Assembly (NCBI GenBank): GCA_017003895.1
Contig: GCA_017003895.1_4520.1
Direction: 5' to 3' (one strand)
From: a phage
DNA: 64,000 nt
Shown: piece after piece, positions 29,757-40,247 of the stretch
How positions within the stretch are numbered: position 1 is the stretch's first letter
How the letters are laid out: each line of letters begins with the position of its first letter
Program-made: the position numbers and the translations under genes
Notes under the pieces: model-generated
The model's input: only the letters and a program-made list of their open reading frames with translations
Told to the model about the DNA's origin: nothing
Database searches by the model: none

Positions 29757-29786
29757 ATTGTACCACAATCCTTGTGGTGTGTAAAC
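29757..29786 (-). promoter_or_regulatory. early promoter for rnlA
   Basis: GTTTAC (rc 29781-29786), 18 nt, TACAAT (rc 29757-29762); spacer holds inverted repeat accacaa…ttgtggt; overlaps the denA stop. Confidence 0.45.
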
Positions 29787-30196
29787 TACTTTTTCTTATG
29801 TTGGATATTCCAAGGCGGGTTGAACTTTTTGATAAAAAGTGGTTCTTCAAGGTCCATTGTTGCGATGGTCATTGAACCAAGTTCGTTGGTGACTGAAAGG
29901 TCAAAACATTGGCGGGCCCAGAATTCAACCTTTTTGCCTTGCATTAAGGCATCCAAAATCATAAGTGATTTTCTTGAATCTGAAGTCTGGTCTTTTCGAT
30001 TTATGGCTGTTCGATAATAGTTAATGCGTTTCTTTAAATTCTTGGTTTTACCAATATACACAAGTTCGTCATCTATAGCAATAGCGTATATGACATTTTT
30101 CTTATTAGGGACATCAACTGTTTTAATTGTTGCATCTTCTAATAGCTCCAATTCTGTATATTTAATAAAGGAATATTCGGCGGCAATATCTTTCAT
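29786..30196 (-). CDS. denA: endonuclease II (GIY-YIG family)
   Basis: 136 aa (T4 DenA 136 aa); GIY-YIG-like core VIYAIAI…LVYIGKT…NLKKRINYY; position next to nrdB. Confidence 0.7.
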   Translation of the reverse strand: MKDIAAEYSFIKYTELELLEDATIKTVDVPNKKNVIYAIAIDDELVYIGKTKNLKKRINYYRTAINRKDQTSDSRKSLMILDALMQGKKVEFWARQCFDLSVTNELGSMTIATMDLEEPLFIKKFNPPWNIQHKKK

Positions 30197-30204
30197 AATA
30201 AAGT

Positions 30205-30218
30205 GGGACCGAAGTCCC
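30205..30218 (-). terminator. stem-loop between nrdB and denA (terminator/attenuator)
   Basis: GGGAC cgaa GTCCC lying between the nrdB stop (30223) and denA start (30196). Confidence 0.4.
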
Positions 30219-30222
30219 GTCC

Positions 30223-31401
30223 TTAGAAATATTTTTTGTATGAATTAATTACATTTTGGTCTACATCATTATCAATTTGTGCGACAAGATAAGAACTGAT
30301 TTCAACTTCCTGAGGAGCTGCTTGAACTAAATCAGAGTTCAGATATTCACGAATCCAAGGATACGGATGTTTGGTCGGAGCATCAGTGATTGGGCATGGC
30401 AAACCACACTGTTTCATACGAGACACAGTCAAGTAATCAACAAAAGCACACATACTCTGCGTATTGATACCCGGACATGTACCGTCTTTAAAGAGGTGTG
30501 CAGCCCATTCCTTCTCTTGTCTATTTACTTCCATAAAAATGTCAACTGCTTCTTGTTCACATTCTTTAGCAATTTGAACCCACTCATCACCATCGGTACC
30601 GGACTGAAGTTGACGGATAATGTACTGAGTACCCTTGAGGTGGAGTTGTTCGTCACGAGCAATGAACTTCATAATCTTTGCATTACCTTCCATAATTTCC
30701 ATATTTTTATGGAAGTTGAAAGTACATGCAAATGATACGTAAAAACGAATAGCTTCTAAGGCGTTGATAACATGCAAACAGAGATAAAGAGATTTCATTA
30801 GCTCACGCTTCCAATATGTCTCATGCTCAATAGCATCTTCAATAACGTCTTCGTCTGCATTAATTTCTTTTTGGTATTCGATATCAGCTTTAGCGTTTTC
30901 CCAATAACGAGTTTTAACCAGAACATCATCGTAATATTTACCTATTGATTCAGCTCGTTTCATGATTGCTTCATCTAATACAATCTCATCAAATACTTTG
31001 GATGGATCAGTATAAAGATTTCGCATAATATGTGTATATGAACGAGAGTGAATAGTTTCACTGAATGTCCATGTTGCAACCCACGTATCTAATGAAGGGT
31101 CAGAAATCAGTGCCATAAGTACCGCAGATGGGGCCCTGCCTTGGATAGAATCTAATAATGATTGATACTTAAGATTGTTTGTAAAGATGTCCTGTTGGAA
31201 CTGAGGAAGCTTATTGAACTGAGCAGAGTCCAACATCAAGTTTACCTCTTCGGGGCGCCAGAAAAATGACAATTGCTTTTCGGTCAAATCTTCAAAAACT
31301 TTATGGCGTTGAATATCATAACGCGCAATACCGAGTCCAGAACCAAAGAACATCGGTTCGTTCAAAACATCGACTTGTTGTGTGTTAAAAACTGTACTCA
31401 T
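30223..31401 (-). CDS. nrdB: aerobic ribonucleotide reductase small subunit (uninterrupted)
   Basis: 392 aa; class Ia R2 fold with di-iron and tyrosyl-radical region; no intron gap. Confidence 0.9.
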   Translation of the reverse strand: MSTVFNTQQVDVLNEPMFFGSGLGIARYDIQRHKVFEDLTEKQLSFFWRPEEVNLMLDSAQFNKLPQFQQDIFTNNLKYQSLLDSIQGRAPSAVLMALISDPSLDTWVATWTFSETIHSRSYTHIMRNLYTDPSKVFDEIVLDEAIMKRAESIGKYYDDVLVKTRYWENAKADIEYQKEINADEDVIEDAIEHETYWKRELMKSLYLCLHVINALEAIRFYVSFACTFNFHKNMEIMEGNAKIMKFIARDEQLHLKGTQYIIRQLQSGTDGDEWVQIAKECEQEAVDIFMEVNRQEKEWAAHLFKDGTCPGINTQSMCAFVDYLTVSRMKQCGLPCPITDAPTKHPYPWIREYLNSDLVQAAPQEVEISSYLVAQIDNDVDQNVINSYKKYF

Positions 31402-31455
31402 TATATTTTCTCACTTAGTTTTAACTCATCCATGAGTAAATTATAATCAAAAGTC

Positions 31456-33711
31456 TTAAAGCTTACAAGCAGAACAATCTTCAGCTTTAGGTGTTTCTAA
31501 TTCATAGTCATCTGTACCTGACCCATCACGGGTGTTATGATAGTAGAGGTTTTTTCCGCCAAAGTACCAGAAGTAAAGCAGATCGTCAAGCATTACTGAC
31601 ATTGGCACTTTACCTTTCTCAAATACTGCAGGGTCATAGTAAGTATTAGCAGAAGCAGATTGGCACACCCATTTCAACATGATAGCAACTTGGGTCAAAT
31701 AAGGTTTATTACCTTTCTTAGCAAGTTTCCACGCGTAGTCGTAAAGACCCATGTTATGTTCTATATTAGGAACAACCTGACGGAAGTTGCCTTCTTTAGA
31801 TTCTTTAATACTCACTGGACCACGTGGGGGCTCAATCCCGTTTGTAGAGTTCGATACTTGACTGCTTGACTCACAAGGCATGAGTGCAGACAACGTTGAG
31901 TTACGAATTCCATGTTCTTTGAGTTCAGCTCGAAGTTCTTCCCAGTCACAGACATAGTTCGGGGCTGCGATTTGGTCAATCTTTTTATTGTACCAGTCGA
32001 TAGGTAATTCGCCTCTAGACCATTTAGTGTCTGAATAATACTCACAAGGTCCTTTTTCTTTGGCGAGTTTGATTGATGCTTTGATAAGGCCATATTGCAA
32101 TCTCTCGAACAATTCATGGGTCAAATCGTTAGCGTCTTCATATGAAGCAAAGTTAGAAGCTAACCATGCAGCATAGTTCGTCACACCAACACCGAGATTT
32201 CGACGCTTTTTAGCTTTTAAAGCTTCTGGAACCGGATAATCTTGATAGTCTAACAGGTTATCAAGTGCACGTACTTGTACTTCAGCAAGTTCATTAATTT
32301 TATCTTGGTCTTGCCAATCAAATTTATCTAATACAAAAGCAGATAATGTGCATAAACCAATTTCAGCATCAGGACCATTCACATCATTAGTTGGAATAGC
32401 GATTTCACAACATAAGTTACTCTGACGAATTGGAGCTTTTTCACGAATAAATGGAGTGTAGTTATTTGTGTTATCAACAAACTGTGGATAAATTCGAGCA
32501 GTACCAGAACGTTCAGTCATGAACAATTCAAAGAGTTCTAGTGCTTTGATTCTTTTCTTTCTGATTGTTGGGTCTTTTTCAGCTTTCTCATAAAGCTCAC
32601 GGAATTTATCTTGATCTTCAAAGAACGAGTAGTATAGTTCGCCTGACATTTCGTGAGGGCTAAATAAAGTAATATAATCATTTTTACCAAGGCGTTCCAT
32701 CATAAGGTCATTAATCTGAATTCCGTAGTCCATATGTCGAATACGGTTTTCATCCACGCCTTTGTTATTTTTCAGAACTAATAGGTTCTCTACTTCTAAG
32801 TGCCACATCGGATAATACGCTGTAGCAGCACCACCACGAATACCACCTTGAGAACAAGATTTTACTGCAGTTTGGAAATGTTTCCAGAATGGAATAACAC
32901 CTGTATGTCGAACTTCACCCATACCGATCTTAGAACCTTCTGCACGAAGCATGCCGACGTTGATACCGATACCAGCTCGTTTAGAAATATATTCAATAAT
33001 TGATGCTGAAGTTTTGTTAATAGATTTTAACGAATCACCGGCTTCAATAACTACACAACTAGAGAACTGGCGAGTCGGAGTACGAGCACCTGCCATAATT
33101 GGGGTTGGCAATGAAACTTGATGAGTAGAAACAGCATCATAAAAACGAATAATATGTTTCAAACGGTCGTGAGTTTCGTCTTGATGTAAGGCCATACCAA
33201 TAGCCATGATAGCAAACTGGGGAGTTTCATAAATCTTACCAGTTGTTTTATCTTTAACCAGGTATTTTTCTTTAAGCTGCATAGCACCAGCATAAGTCAG
33301 GTCAAAGTCTCGTTCATGTTTAATCTGTGAATCGAGATAAATGATTTCTTCTGCAGAATATCTAGACAACAGCTCAGGGTCGTATTTGCCTTCATTAACA
33401 CAGTAAGAAATATGGTCGATAAAAGCAGGTGGTTCAAACTGCCCATATACATCTTTACGAAGTGCAAACATTAATCCTTTAGCAGCAACATATTGATAAT
33501 CAGGTTCTTCGACAGAAATCGAGTTAGCTGCAACTTTAATACAAATCTTCTGAATATCTTTGGTGCTCATCCCATCGACAAGATGGGTCTTAATTTCTTC
33601 GTACAATTCATATGGGTCGATTTGTGTTCCTTCACATTGCCAAGTTAAGACTTGAATAATTTTCTGTGCATCAAAATTTTGGGATACACCACTGCTCTTA
33701 GTTACTTGCAT
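31456..33711 (-). CDS. nrdA: aerobic ribonucleotide reductase large subunit
   Basis: 751 aa; N-terminal ATP-cone, active-site NLCCEI, C-terminal redox Cys pair (CSACKL). Confidence 0.9.
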   Translation of the reverse strand: MQVTKSSGVSQNFDAQKIIQVLTWQCEGTQIDPYELYEEIKTHLVDGMSTKDIQKICIKVAANSISVEEPDYQYVAAKGLMFALRKDVYGQFEPPAFIDHISYCVNEGKYDPELLSRYSAEEIIYLDSQIKHERDFDLTYAGAMQLKEKYLVKDKTTGKIYETPQFAIMAIGMALHQDETHDRLKHIIRFYDAVSTHQVSLPTPIMAGARTPTRQFSSCVVIEAGDSLKSINKTSASIIEYISKRAGIGINVGMLRAEGSKIGMGEVRHTGVIPFWKHFQTAVKSCSQGGIRGGAATAYYPMWHLEVENLLVLKNNKGVDENRIRHMDYGIQINDLMMERLGKNDYITLFSPHEMSGELYYSFFEDQDKFRELYEKAEKDPTIRKKRIKALELFELFMTERSGTARIYPQFVDNTNNYTPFIREKAPIRQSNLCCEIAIPTNDVNGPDAEIGLCTLSAFVLDKFDWQDQDKINELAEVQVRALDNLLDYQDYPVPEALKAKKRRNLGVGVTNYAAWLASNFASYEDANDLTHELFERLQYGLIKASIKLAKEKGPCEYYSDTKWSRGELPIDWYNKKIDQIAAPNYVCDWEELRAELKEHGIRNSTLSALMPCESSSQVSNSTNGIEPPRGPVSIKESKEGNFRQVVPNIEHNMGLYDYAWKLAKKGNKPYLTQVAIMLKWVCQSASANTYYDPAVFEKGKVPMSVMLDDLLYFWYFGGKNLYYHNTRDGSGTDDYELETPKAEDCSACKL

Positions 33712-33798
33712 ATATTCCTCAGTATAGGTTGATAGACATTACTCCAAACGGGATAGTATTTATCCCGTTAATTTATTATACACTTTTAAACTGAAGCG

Positions 33799-34053
33799 TT
33801 AATTATTCTTAGCAATAATTTCTTTGTATTCTTTAGGAGTCAAGACCGTAATATTGAAATAAACCACTGGTTCTTTTTCCATACCGTAACCACCACAAAA
33901 TTCAAGATATTCATAAATTCGTTCGTGTGAATAGCAAATAAATCGTTCACCTTTAACTGTGATTTCACTATTCGGCGAAGGGATATCCAGTTCGGTAGGA
34001 TTTTTCATTTCAAAAATTGTGGTGCCATATGAATTAATAAAACGTAAAATCAT
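33799..34053 (-). CDS. hypothetical protein (nrdA-td spacer ORF)
   Basis: 84 aa; stop adjacent to the td start. Confidence 0.5.
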   Translation of the reverse strand: MILRFINSYGTTIFEMKNPTELDIPSPNSEITVKGERFICYSHERIYEYLEFCGGYGMEKEPVVYFNITVLTPKEYKEIIAKNN

Positions 34054-34054
34054 T

Positions 34055-34915
34055 TTATACCGCCATTTTAGCTTTGATAGCTGGATGTGATTCGTAATTT
34101 TTAAGAATAAAGTCTTTAGGACGAAGTTTTAATACATATTCGATTTGTTCTTCGGTTGATAGATGCCTAAATTTGTATGGTAATCCGTTAATAACTAATT
34201 CACACAGTTCTTTAGGCTCACGACGTAAAACTTCTTTGCATTGCTCTACGTGGTTGCTGTAGATATGCGTGTTGCCGCCTGAGAACACCAAATCACCCGG
34301 GATAAGATTACACATCTTAGCTACAATATGAGTCAAGGCGGCGTACGAGGCAATGTTGAATGGCAAGCCTAAGAAAACATCTACACTGCGTTGATACCAT
34401 TGTAAATCAAGATGCCCATTACGCACATTAAATTGATAGAACATATGACAAGGAGGAAGAGCCATTTGATTTATTTCGGCTGGATTCCAGGCAGAAACAA
34501 TTTGACGACGGTCAGTTGGTAATTTTTTAATACGGTCAATTGTTTCAACTAATTGGTCCACACCACTGAAATCACGCCATTGTTTACCATATATGGGACC
34601 AAGTTCGCCGCTATGATATCCAAGGTCTTTTGCCTGATTTTCGTAATTATCGTCCCAAATAGTTTTACCTTCAATTAGACTACCATGAGTACGAAGACGT
34701 AATTCATTAACATTAGTAGAACCGGACATGAACCACAATAACTCGGCAATACAAGCTTTCCATGCTAATTTCTTAGTTGTTACTGCAGGGAATCCTTTAG
34801 TCAGGTCCCAACGTAATTTAGTTCCGAACAGGGCAATAGTGCCGGTACCTGTACGGTCATCTGTTTCGTAGCCGTTTTCAAGGATATTTTTAATTAAATC
34901 TTGGTATTGTTTCAT
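34055..34915 (-). CDS. td: thymidylate synthase (uninterrupted, no intron)
   Basis: 286 aa; ThyA active site PPCH and folate-binding blocks; single continuous ORF. Confidence 0.92.
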   Translation of the reverse strand: MKQYQDLIKNILENGYETDDRTGTGTIALFGTKLRWDLTKGFPAVTTKKLAWKACIAELLWFMSGSTNVNELRLRTHGSLIEGKTIWDDNYENQAKDLGYHSGELGPIYGKQWRDFSGVDQLVETIDRIKKLPTDRRQIVSAWNPAEINQMALPPCHMFYQFNVRNGHLDLQWYQRSVDVFLGLPFNIASYAALTHIVAKMCNLIPGDLVFSGGNTHIYSNHVEQCKEVLRREPKELCELVINGLPYKFRHLSTEEQIEYVLKLRPKDFILKNYESHPAIKAKMAV

Positions 34916-34928
34916 TTAGCACCTATAA

Positions 34929-35886
<958 letters not shown>

Positions 35887-36168
35887 TCAAAACCCCTTTT
35901 CAATAAACCATTCAGTGGCTTTATTAGCGTCAAAGAATAACTCTTCATATGTCTTTTCTTTGTTTTCAAAAACTGTCACACAAACACGTTGACATTCTCC
36001 ACAGTATTCTTCTGACATACTCAAAGCGTCAGAAAACATTTCATTAAATTCACTTAAATCGGGATTATGCAATGCGTTAAAAATTGCATAATCGAATTCG
36101 TCATTCATAAATTCAAATACAAAAATCATATTATTTTTCCTCAAACAGACTTTTTCACAATTTTCCAA
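35887..36168 (-). CDS. hypothetical protein (frd.1 position)
   Basis: 93 aa acidic ORF. Confidence 0.5.
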   Translation of the reverse strand: MENCEKVCLRKNNMIFVFEFMNDEFDYAIFNALHNPDLSEFNEMFSDALSMSEEYCGECQRVCVTVFENKEKTYEELFFDANKATEWFIEKGF

Positions 36169-36383
36169 TCAGCTTTAAACTGATCGACGTCAGAATGATA
36201 AATCCAGAATCCTGCGCTTTCTCCATCTTCATAAAGAGGGCATTCATCACATTCATCTTCCCATCCCATATCACGTAAAAGATGTTCAGCTTTTTCAACA
36301 AGTTCAGAATCTTTACCAATGATATTAAAATACCATTTACCTCTAACTTCTGAATCTTTGATGCTCTGGCGTTGTAATCTCAT
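36141..36383 (-). CDS. hypothetical protein (frd.2 position)
   Basis: 80 aa; early promoter at 36419-36448. Confidence 0.5.
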   Translation of the reverse strand: MRLQRQSIKDSEVRGKWYFNIIGKDSELVEKAEHLLRDMGWEDECDECPLYEDGESAGFWIYHSDVDQFKADWKIVKKSV

Positions 36384-36418
36384 TTTATTCTCCGCTTCAC
36401 TTTTGATTTGATAGGGCT

Positions 36419-36448
36419 ACTATAACATAGCCCTATCTTGTTATAAAC
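36419..36448 (-). promoter_or_regulatory. early promoter for the ORF starting at 36383, embedded in a hairpin
   Basis: GTTTAT (rc 36443-36448), 18 nt, TATAGT (rc 36419-36424); -10 lies inside inverted repeat tagggcta…tagcccta (36412-36435). Confidence 0.4.
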
Positions 36449-36849
36449 TACTTTTTAAAAGTTTTTTGCAAAAGTTCGATGATTTCGTCGACGTTGGTTT
36501 CATCTACGATACAATGGATTTTTGTTACACCTAAAGTTATACCTTCGTTAGTAGGTTGAGGCTTTTCTAAAGTTACCTCAGTAAAGTATTTGAATTCTTC
36601 AGAGTAAATCTCAAAATACGTCTCAAGTGGGCCACCAGCCGTGTATTCAGTGCCATCTTCCATAGTTACACGTACCACACATTCACCAGCACAATCATCA
36701 CTTTCCATTTCATCTACAACAAAACTAGGTCCGTGCTTCTCTATTAAATTTAGCATCATTACATTGCAACGGCACTCGTTAGCAAAGTCATTTTTTAAAT
36801 AAAGGGTTAATGATATAAGATTTTCCGATTTCCATTTTGATTTCCTCAT
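36448..36849 (-). CDS. hypothetical protein (frd.3 position)
   Basis: 133 aa; early promoter at 36865-36893. Confidence 0.5.
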   Translation of the reverse strand: MRKSKWKSENLISLTLYLKNDFANECRCNVMMLNLIEKHGPSFVVDEMESDDCAGECVVRVTMEDGTEYTAGGPLETYFEIYSEEFKYFTEVTLEKPQPTNEGITLGVTKIHCIVDETNVDEIIELLQKTFKK

Positions 36850-36864
36850 GTTGTTGATAAGTCT

Positions 36865-36893
36865 ATACTAACACATCCAGGGAAGAAGTAAAC
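36865..36893 (-). promoter_or_regulatory. early promoter for the ORF starting at 36849 (frd/td operon)
   Basis: GTTTAC (rc 36888-36893), 17 nt, TAGTAT (rc 36865-36870); just downstream of the gene 32 terminator. Confidence 0.45.
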
Positions 36894-36910
36894 AACTTTT
36901 TCGGCAATTT

Positions 36911-36942
36911 ACAGATACTCAAAAGGGAGACCGAAGTCTCCC
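36911..36942 (-). terminator. rho-independent terminator of gene 32
   Basis: GGGAGAC cgaa GTCTCCC (36925-36942), T-run on the minus strand; identical stem-loop to 21524-21541. Confidence 0.7.
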
Positions 36943-36948
36943 AATTTA

Positions 36949-37851
36949 TTATAGACCGGCTAACAGGTCATCGAGGTCACCATCATCAGAGGACGAGGTA
37001 GAGCTCATGAAGTCATCTTCAGTTTTTGCAGAACTAAAGGCTTCCATGTCTTTATCAAAATCGTCAAGGTCAGAAGCAACTTTATCTGCAACAGAAGCTG
37101 CGGCAGCTGCTGCACCGCCCAGAGCGGCAGTACCAAGAACCTTAGCGAAAGATTCATTTAATTTTTCAAAGGATTTGAACCGGTCTTTAGCCGTCAAAGT
37201 AGTAAGGTCTACCATCTGGTCATACAGTTCTTTCTGGAATGCTTCGTCATTAATACGAGGAATTTCAGATTGACCCAAGAATTTAGATTCGTCATAGTTG
37301 CTAAAACCTGAAACCTGCTTAGCTTTCAGAACAAAGTTAGCACCTTCAAACGGACAAGTAACGTCAACTGGAGTTTCACCCATTTCGGTATCAACTGCAA
37401 TCATTGCATTGATTTTGTCCCAAATCTTTTTACCAAAACGATATTTAAATACTTTACCTTCGTTATCTGGAGCTTGAGGGTCTTTAACAACCAGAATATT
37501 AGCCCAATAAGAAGTTTTACGTTTCAGTTGAGAATATTCAGCTTTGTTGGTATTGTACAGGTCATTTTTACTAATGTACTGACATACAGGACAAGAGTCA
37601 TAATCACCATGTGTAGAAGAGCAATTTTCAATATACCATTTACCATTTTTCTTGAAACCGTGGTTAACAAGAATTGCAAATGGTAGTGCATCATCAGTTT
37701 TTGCTGGCAAGAAACGAATTACCGCTTGACCATTACCGGATGCATCTAACTTCAGCTTCCATTCGCCTTTATCTTCTGAAGAGAAACCTTTGTTACCATT
37801 CAGTTTAGCCATTTGAGCAGCGAGGTCAGCAGTAGATTTACGTTTAAACAT
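36949..37851 (-). CDS. 32: single-stranded DNA-binding protein gp32
   Basis: 300 aa; zinc-binding H/C cluster (…[14 protein letters not shown]…), acidic C-terminus [14 protein letters not shown]; N-terminus [23 protein letters not shown] as in T4. Confidence 0.92.
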   Translation of the reverse strand: MFKRKSTADLAAQMAKLNGNKGFSSEDKGEWKLKLDASGNGQAVIRFLPAKTDDALPFAILVNHGFKKNGKWYIENCSSTHGDYDSCPVCQYISKNDLYNTNKAEYSQLKRKTSYWANILVVKDPQAPDNEGKVFKYRFGKKIWDKINAMIAVDTEMGETPVDVTCPFEGANFVLKAKQVSGFSNYDESKFLGQSEIPRINDEAFQKELYDQMVDLTTLTAKDRFKSFEKLNESFAKVLGTAALGGAAAAAASVADKVASDLDDFDKDMEAFSSAKTEDDFMSSTSSSDDGDLDDLLAGL

Positions 37852-37930
37852 TATATTTACCTTTATTTAGATTATTTAATTTATTTACAGTTGGTTGCTA
37901 CGACACTTATACCTCGTAGCTGGTATGATT
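37852..37930 (-). promoter_or_regulatory. gene 32 mRNA leader: A/U-rich translational operator plus upstream hairpin
   Basis: Minus-strand leader reads AAATAAATTAAATAATCTAAATAAAGGTAAATATAATG, preceded by stem GCTACGA…TCGTAGC (37897-37920), matching the gp32 autoregulatory site architecture. Confidence 0.55.
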
Positions 37931-37938
37931 TATTTATA
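37931..37938 (-). promoter_or_regulatory. late promoter (TATAAATA) for gene 32
   Basis: Plus strand tatttata = minus strand TATAAATA, ~80 nt upstream of the gene 32 ATG; a MotA-box-like aGCTTTA lies just upstream. Confidence 0.45.
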
Positions 37939-37967
37939 AAGTAATTTTAACACACAAGAAATAAAGC

Positions 37968-38621
37968 TTAATACTTACATGATTTGATTGTTTCTATGAA
38001 CAATTTCTTAGCAGCATTTCCATCGATTTGAAGTATTTTTCGATATGCCTTTAATTTGGTAGAATAATTTTGCCAGACTAAGTTATCGGTAAGTTCGTCG
38101 TGCTTATCTATAATATTCAAGAATGAATCCAACAACAAGAAGGTTTCAAACGAAATTATATTGCTTTGTAGCAATTTAAATATGTAGCTCGACTGAACTT
38201 TATTATTATAATCAAATATCTCTTGAAGCGCACTAACTTCCACTTTCTTACTGAAATAGTAGATGTTACGCACATCTTCAGCAAACGTCTCCTTGGCTTG
38301 TTTGAGACGTCCAATATATTCCCTATAGAAAACTAATGCATCAGCGTCTGATATCTCACCAATCCATGCATCTTGGTTAGCAACTAAGTTGCTTATGAAT
38401 ATCAAGGTGAGTTCCTTTAATTTATATTTCTCTGCCAGTTTTTCAAAGAAATATTTATCTCGGCGTTTTTGATACGCATTATCCGAAACACGCATGCACC
38501 AGTTATATTTGATTACGTCATACCGACCATTAAAATGTTGTTTGCACATCAAGTATAGTTTGTATACCGATTTTCCGTTAATATAACGTTCTCCGTCAGG
38601 AGGCATGCGTATTTTAATCAT
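37968..38621 (-). CDS. 59: helicase loader gp59
   Basis: 217 aa (same as T4 gp59); MIKIRMPPDGERYINGKSVYKLYLMCKQH… colinear with T4 as recalled. Confidence 0.88.
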   Translation of the reverse strand: MIKIRMPPDGERYINGKSVYKLYLMCKQHFNGRYDVIKYNWCMRVSDNAYQKRRDKYFFEKLAEKYKLKELTLIFISNLVANQDAWIGEISDADALVFYREYIGRLKQAKETFAEDVRNIYYFSKKVEVSALQEIFDYNNKVQSSYIFKLLQSNIISFETFLLLDSFLNIIDKHDELTDNLVWQNYSTKLKAYRKILQIDGNAAKKLFIETIKSCKY

Positions 38622-38956
38622 AATAAGAAATCTAACGTATTAGTTTTTTCACCACGAGCAACTGATGGGCGAAGCATGTTTTCGTCAATTGCTTCGCTTG
38701 TAATTTTTTCAACAATTCCTGTAGGAATAAATTTAGCAAATTGTGTTTCTGGAATAGAATTTTCTTCCAAGAAAGCAGTTGTTGCTTCTAAATAAGACAT
38801 ACCAAATTGTTCAACCATGGATTCGATAATGAATCCGTTTTCTTGTCGGTCAAGCAATTTAGCGATATCATCTTTATCGTGTTTTACTGCTAATTCTTGT
38901 TCAGATAAACCGGCCTCATCAACCGGTTTAATATCACTTAGTGAAAACTGTGTCAT
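38618..38956 (-). CDS. 33: late transcription co-activator gp33
   Basis: 112 aa (same as T4 gp33); ATGA overlap with gene 59. Confidence 0.75.
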   Translation of the reverse strand: MTQFSLSDIKPVDEAGLSEQELAVKHDKDDIAKLLDRQENGFIIESMVEQFGMSYLEATTAFLEENSIPETQFAKFIPTGIVEKITSEAIDENMLRPSVARGEKTNTLDFLL

Positions 38957-39221
38957 AAAGCTCGACTACCTCTTCGTTTTCGGCTTCAAATTGGTCACGA
39001 GCGTCTTTATGATAAAGAGCTAACAAACGATTAAACATTTTTCCATCGACACCAAGCTCTTCTTTAGCACGAGTACGAATGTCTTTAATCAGTTCATTAT
39101 AACCAGAAATTTTAAGTTTGTTATCGGAAGCTTCCTTGACTAGTTTAGCCAGTTCTTCACCATGCACATCTTGATTAAATTCAACTGCTTCTTTCTTAGC
39201 CATGTTTACCTCAGAATTCAT
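38934..39221 (-). CDS. dsbA: dsDNA-binding protein DsbA
   Basis: 95 aa; position between gene 33 and rnh. Confidence 0.65.
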   Translation of the reverse strand: MNSEVNMAKKEAVEFNQDVHGEELAKLVKEASDNKLKISGYNELIKDIRTRAKEELGVDGKMFNRLLALYHKDARDQFEAENEEVVELYDTVFTK

Positions 39222-40128
39222 TAATTACACTTGTTAATTTAGAAAGACCAGATTTTACAAAGTATGAATAAATCTTGCCTTTAGGTTGTGGTTTATATGA
39301 ATTATAATACTCTATAATGGTTGAAGCAATATTATCAGGGATATAATCAAAATCAATGAGAACCAAATTTTCTTGATACCGTTTATATTCTTCTGCACTT
39401 AATAATACTTCAGCTTGAGAACGGTCATTGGCAATTGCTTCAATAATCGATGTTTTCATACTCGGAGTTCGTTCACCATCAACTCTGGTAAACCAGAAGT
39501 CGCCACGAACTCGAACAGATGCAACACCATCCTTACGGTCACCTTTAAGAATTTTAGTCATGCAATCAATTTCAGCAGAACCGTTCTTAATTTTAACCCA
39601 TTTTTTCTGTGGTGGCGACCACTGTTTAACGTTAGGATATTTGTGTAATTGTGTAAAGTCACCATCTGATGCAACAATACATACTTTATGTCCAGCTAAT
39701 GACAAATATTTAGTTAATACACCGATATGGTCATCCGCTTCATACTTGTCAATATCCATTACAACGTATGGCATGTATTTCTTAATCTCATCAACAACTT
39801 GATGGAGTGCAGTAAAATATCCTTCCCAATCCCACTTTGAAGCTTCACGATCGGTTTTACGATTTTTCTTGTAATAGTAAGCAAAGTCACGACGCCAATA
39901 ACCCGAAGTAGCATTATCCATACACAATACAAATTTTGTATAGCCTTGCTTACGGAACATCACTACGTTTTTACGAATTGAATTCAAGATTACATGGCGA
40001 ACCATCGGAACGGTAATTTTATCGCCGTCTTCAAAGTTGTTTAATGCGGCTGCCAATGCAATGTTACTAAAGTCGGCAAGTGCAATACCTTCTTTGTAAT
40101 CTTCATCCAACATCATTTCTAAATCCAT
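39211..40128 (-). CDS. rnh: RNase H (5'-3' flap exonuclease)
   Basis: 305 aa (same as T4 RNase H); FEN-1-type acidic clusters; position upstream of gene 34. Confidence 0.8.
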   Translation of the reverse strand: MDLEMMLDEDYKEGIALADFSNIALAAALNNFEDGDKITVPMVRHVILNSIRKNVVMFRKQGYTKFVLCMDNATSGYWRRDFAYYYKKNRKTDREASKWDWEGYFTALHQVVDEIKKYMPYVVMDIDKYEADDHIGVLTKYLSLAGHKVCIVASDGDFTQLHKYPNVKQWSPPQKKWVKIKNGSAEIDCMTKILKGDRKDGVASVRVRGDFWFTRVDGERTPSMKTSIIEAIANDRSQAEVLLSAEEYKRYQENLVLIDFDYIPDNIASTIIEYYNSYKPQPKGKIYSYFVKSGLSKLTSVINEF

Positions 40129-40160
40129 ATGAACCTCTTGTTCAGTTAGTCAACTTGTCT

Positions 40161-40190
40161 ATAGTAACACACTCATTTGAAAGCGTAAAT
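40161..40190 (-). promoter_or_regulatory. early promoter for rnh
   Basis: ATTTAC (rc 40185-40190), 18 nt, TACTAT (rc 40161-40166). Confidence 0.4.
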
Positions 40191-40205
40191 AGTCTTTTAC
40201 TCATT

Positions 40206-40213
40206 TATAAATA
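40206..40213 (+). promoter_or_regulatory. late promoter (TATAAATA) for gene 34
   Basis: Exact TATAAATA 34 nt upstream of the gene 34 ATG. Confidence 0.6.
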
Positions 40214-40247
40214 GTAAAATAGAACACATAATGATAAGAGGACTACC

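Noticed and set aside
33747-33791. Candidate promoter upstream of nrdA
   Set aside because: An inverted repeat aacgggata…tatcccgtt and TATAAT-like hexamers are present, but no -35/-10 pair with 16-18 nt spacing could be placed confidently
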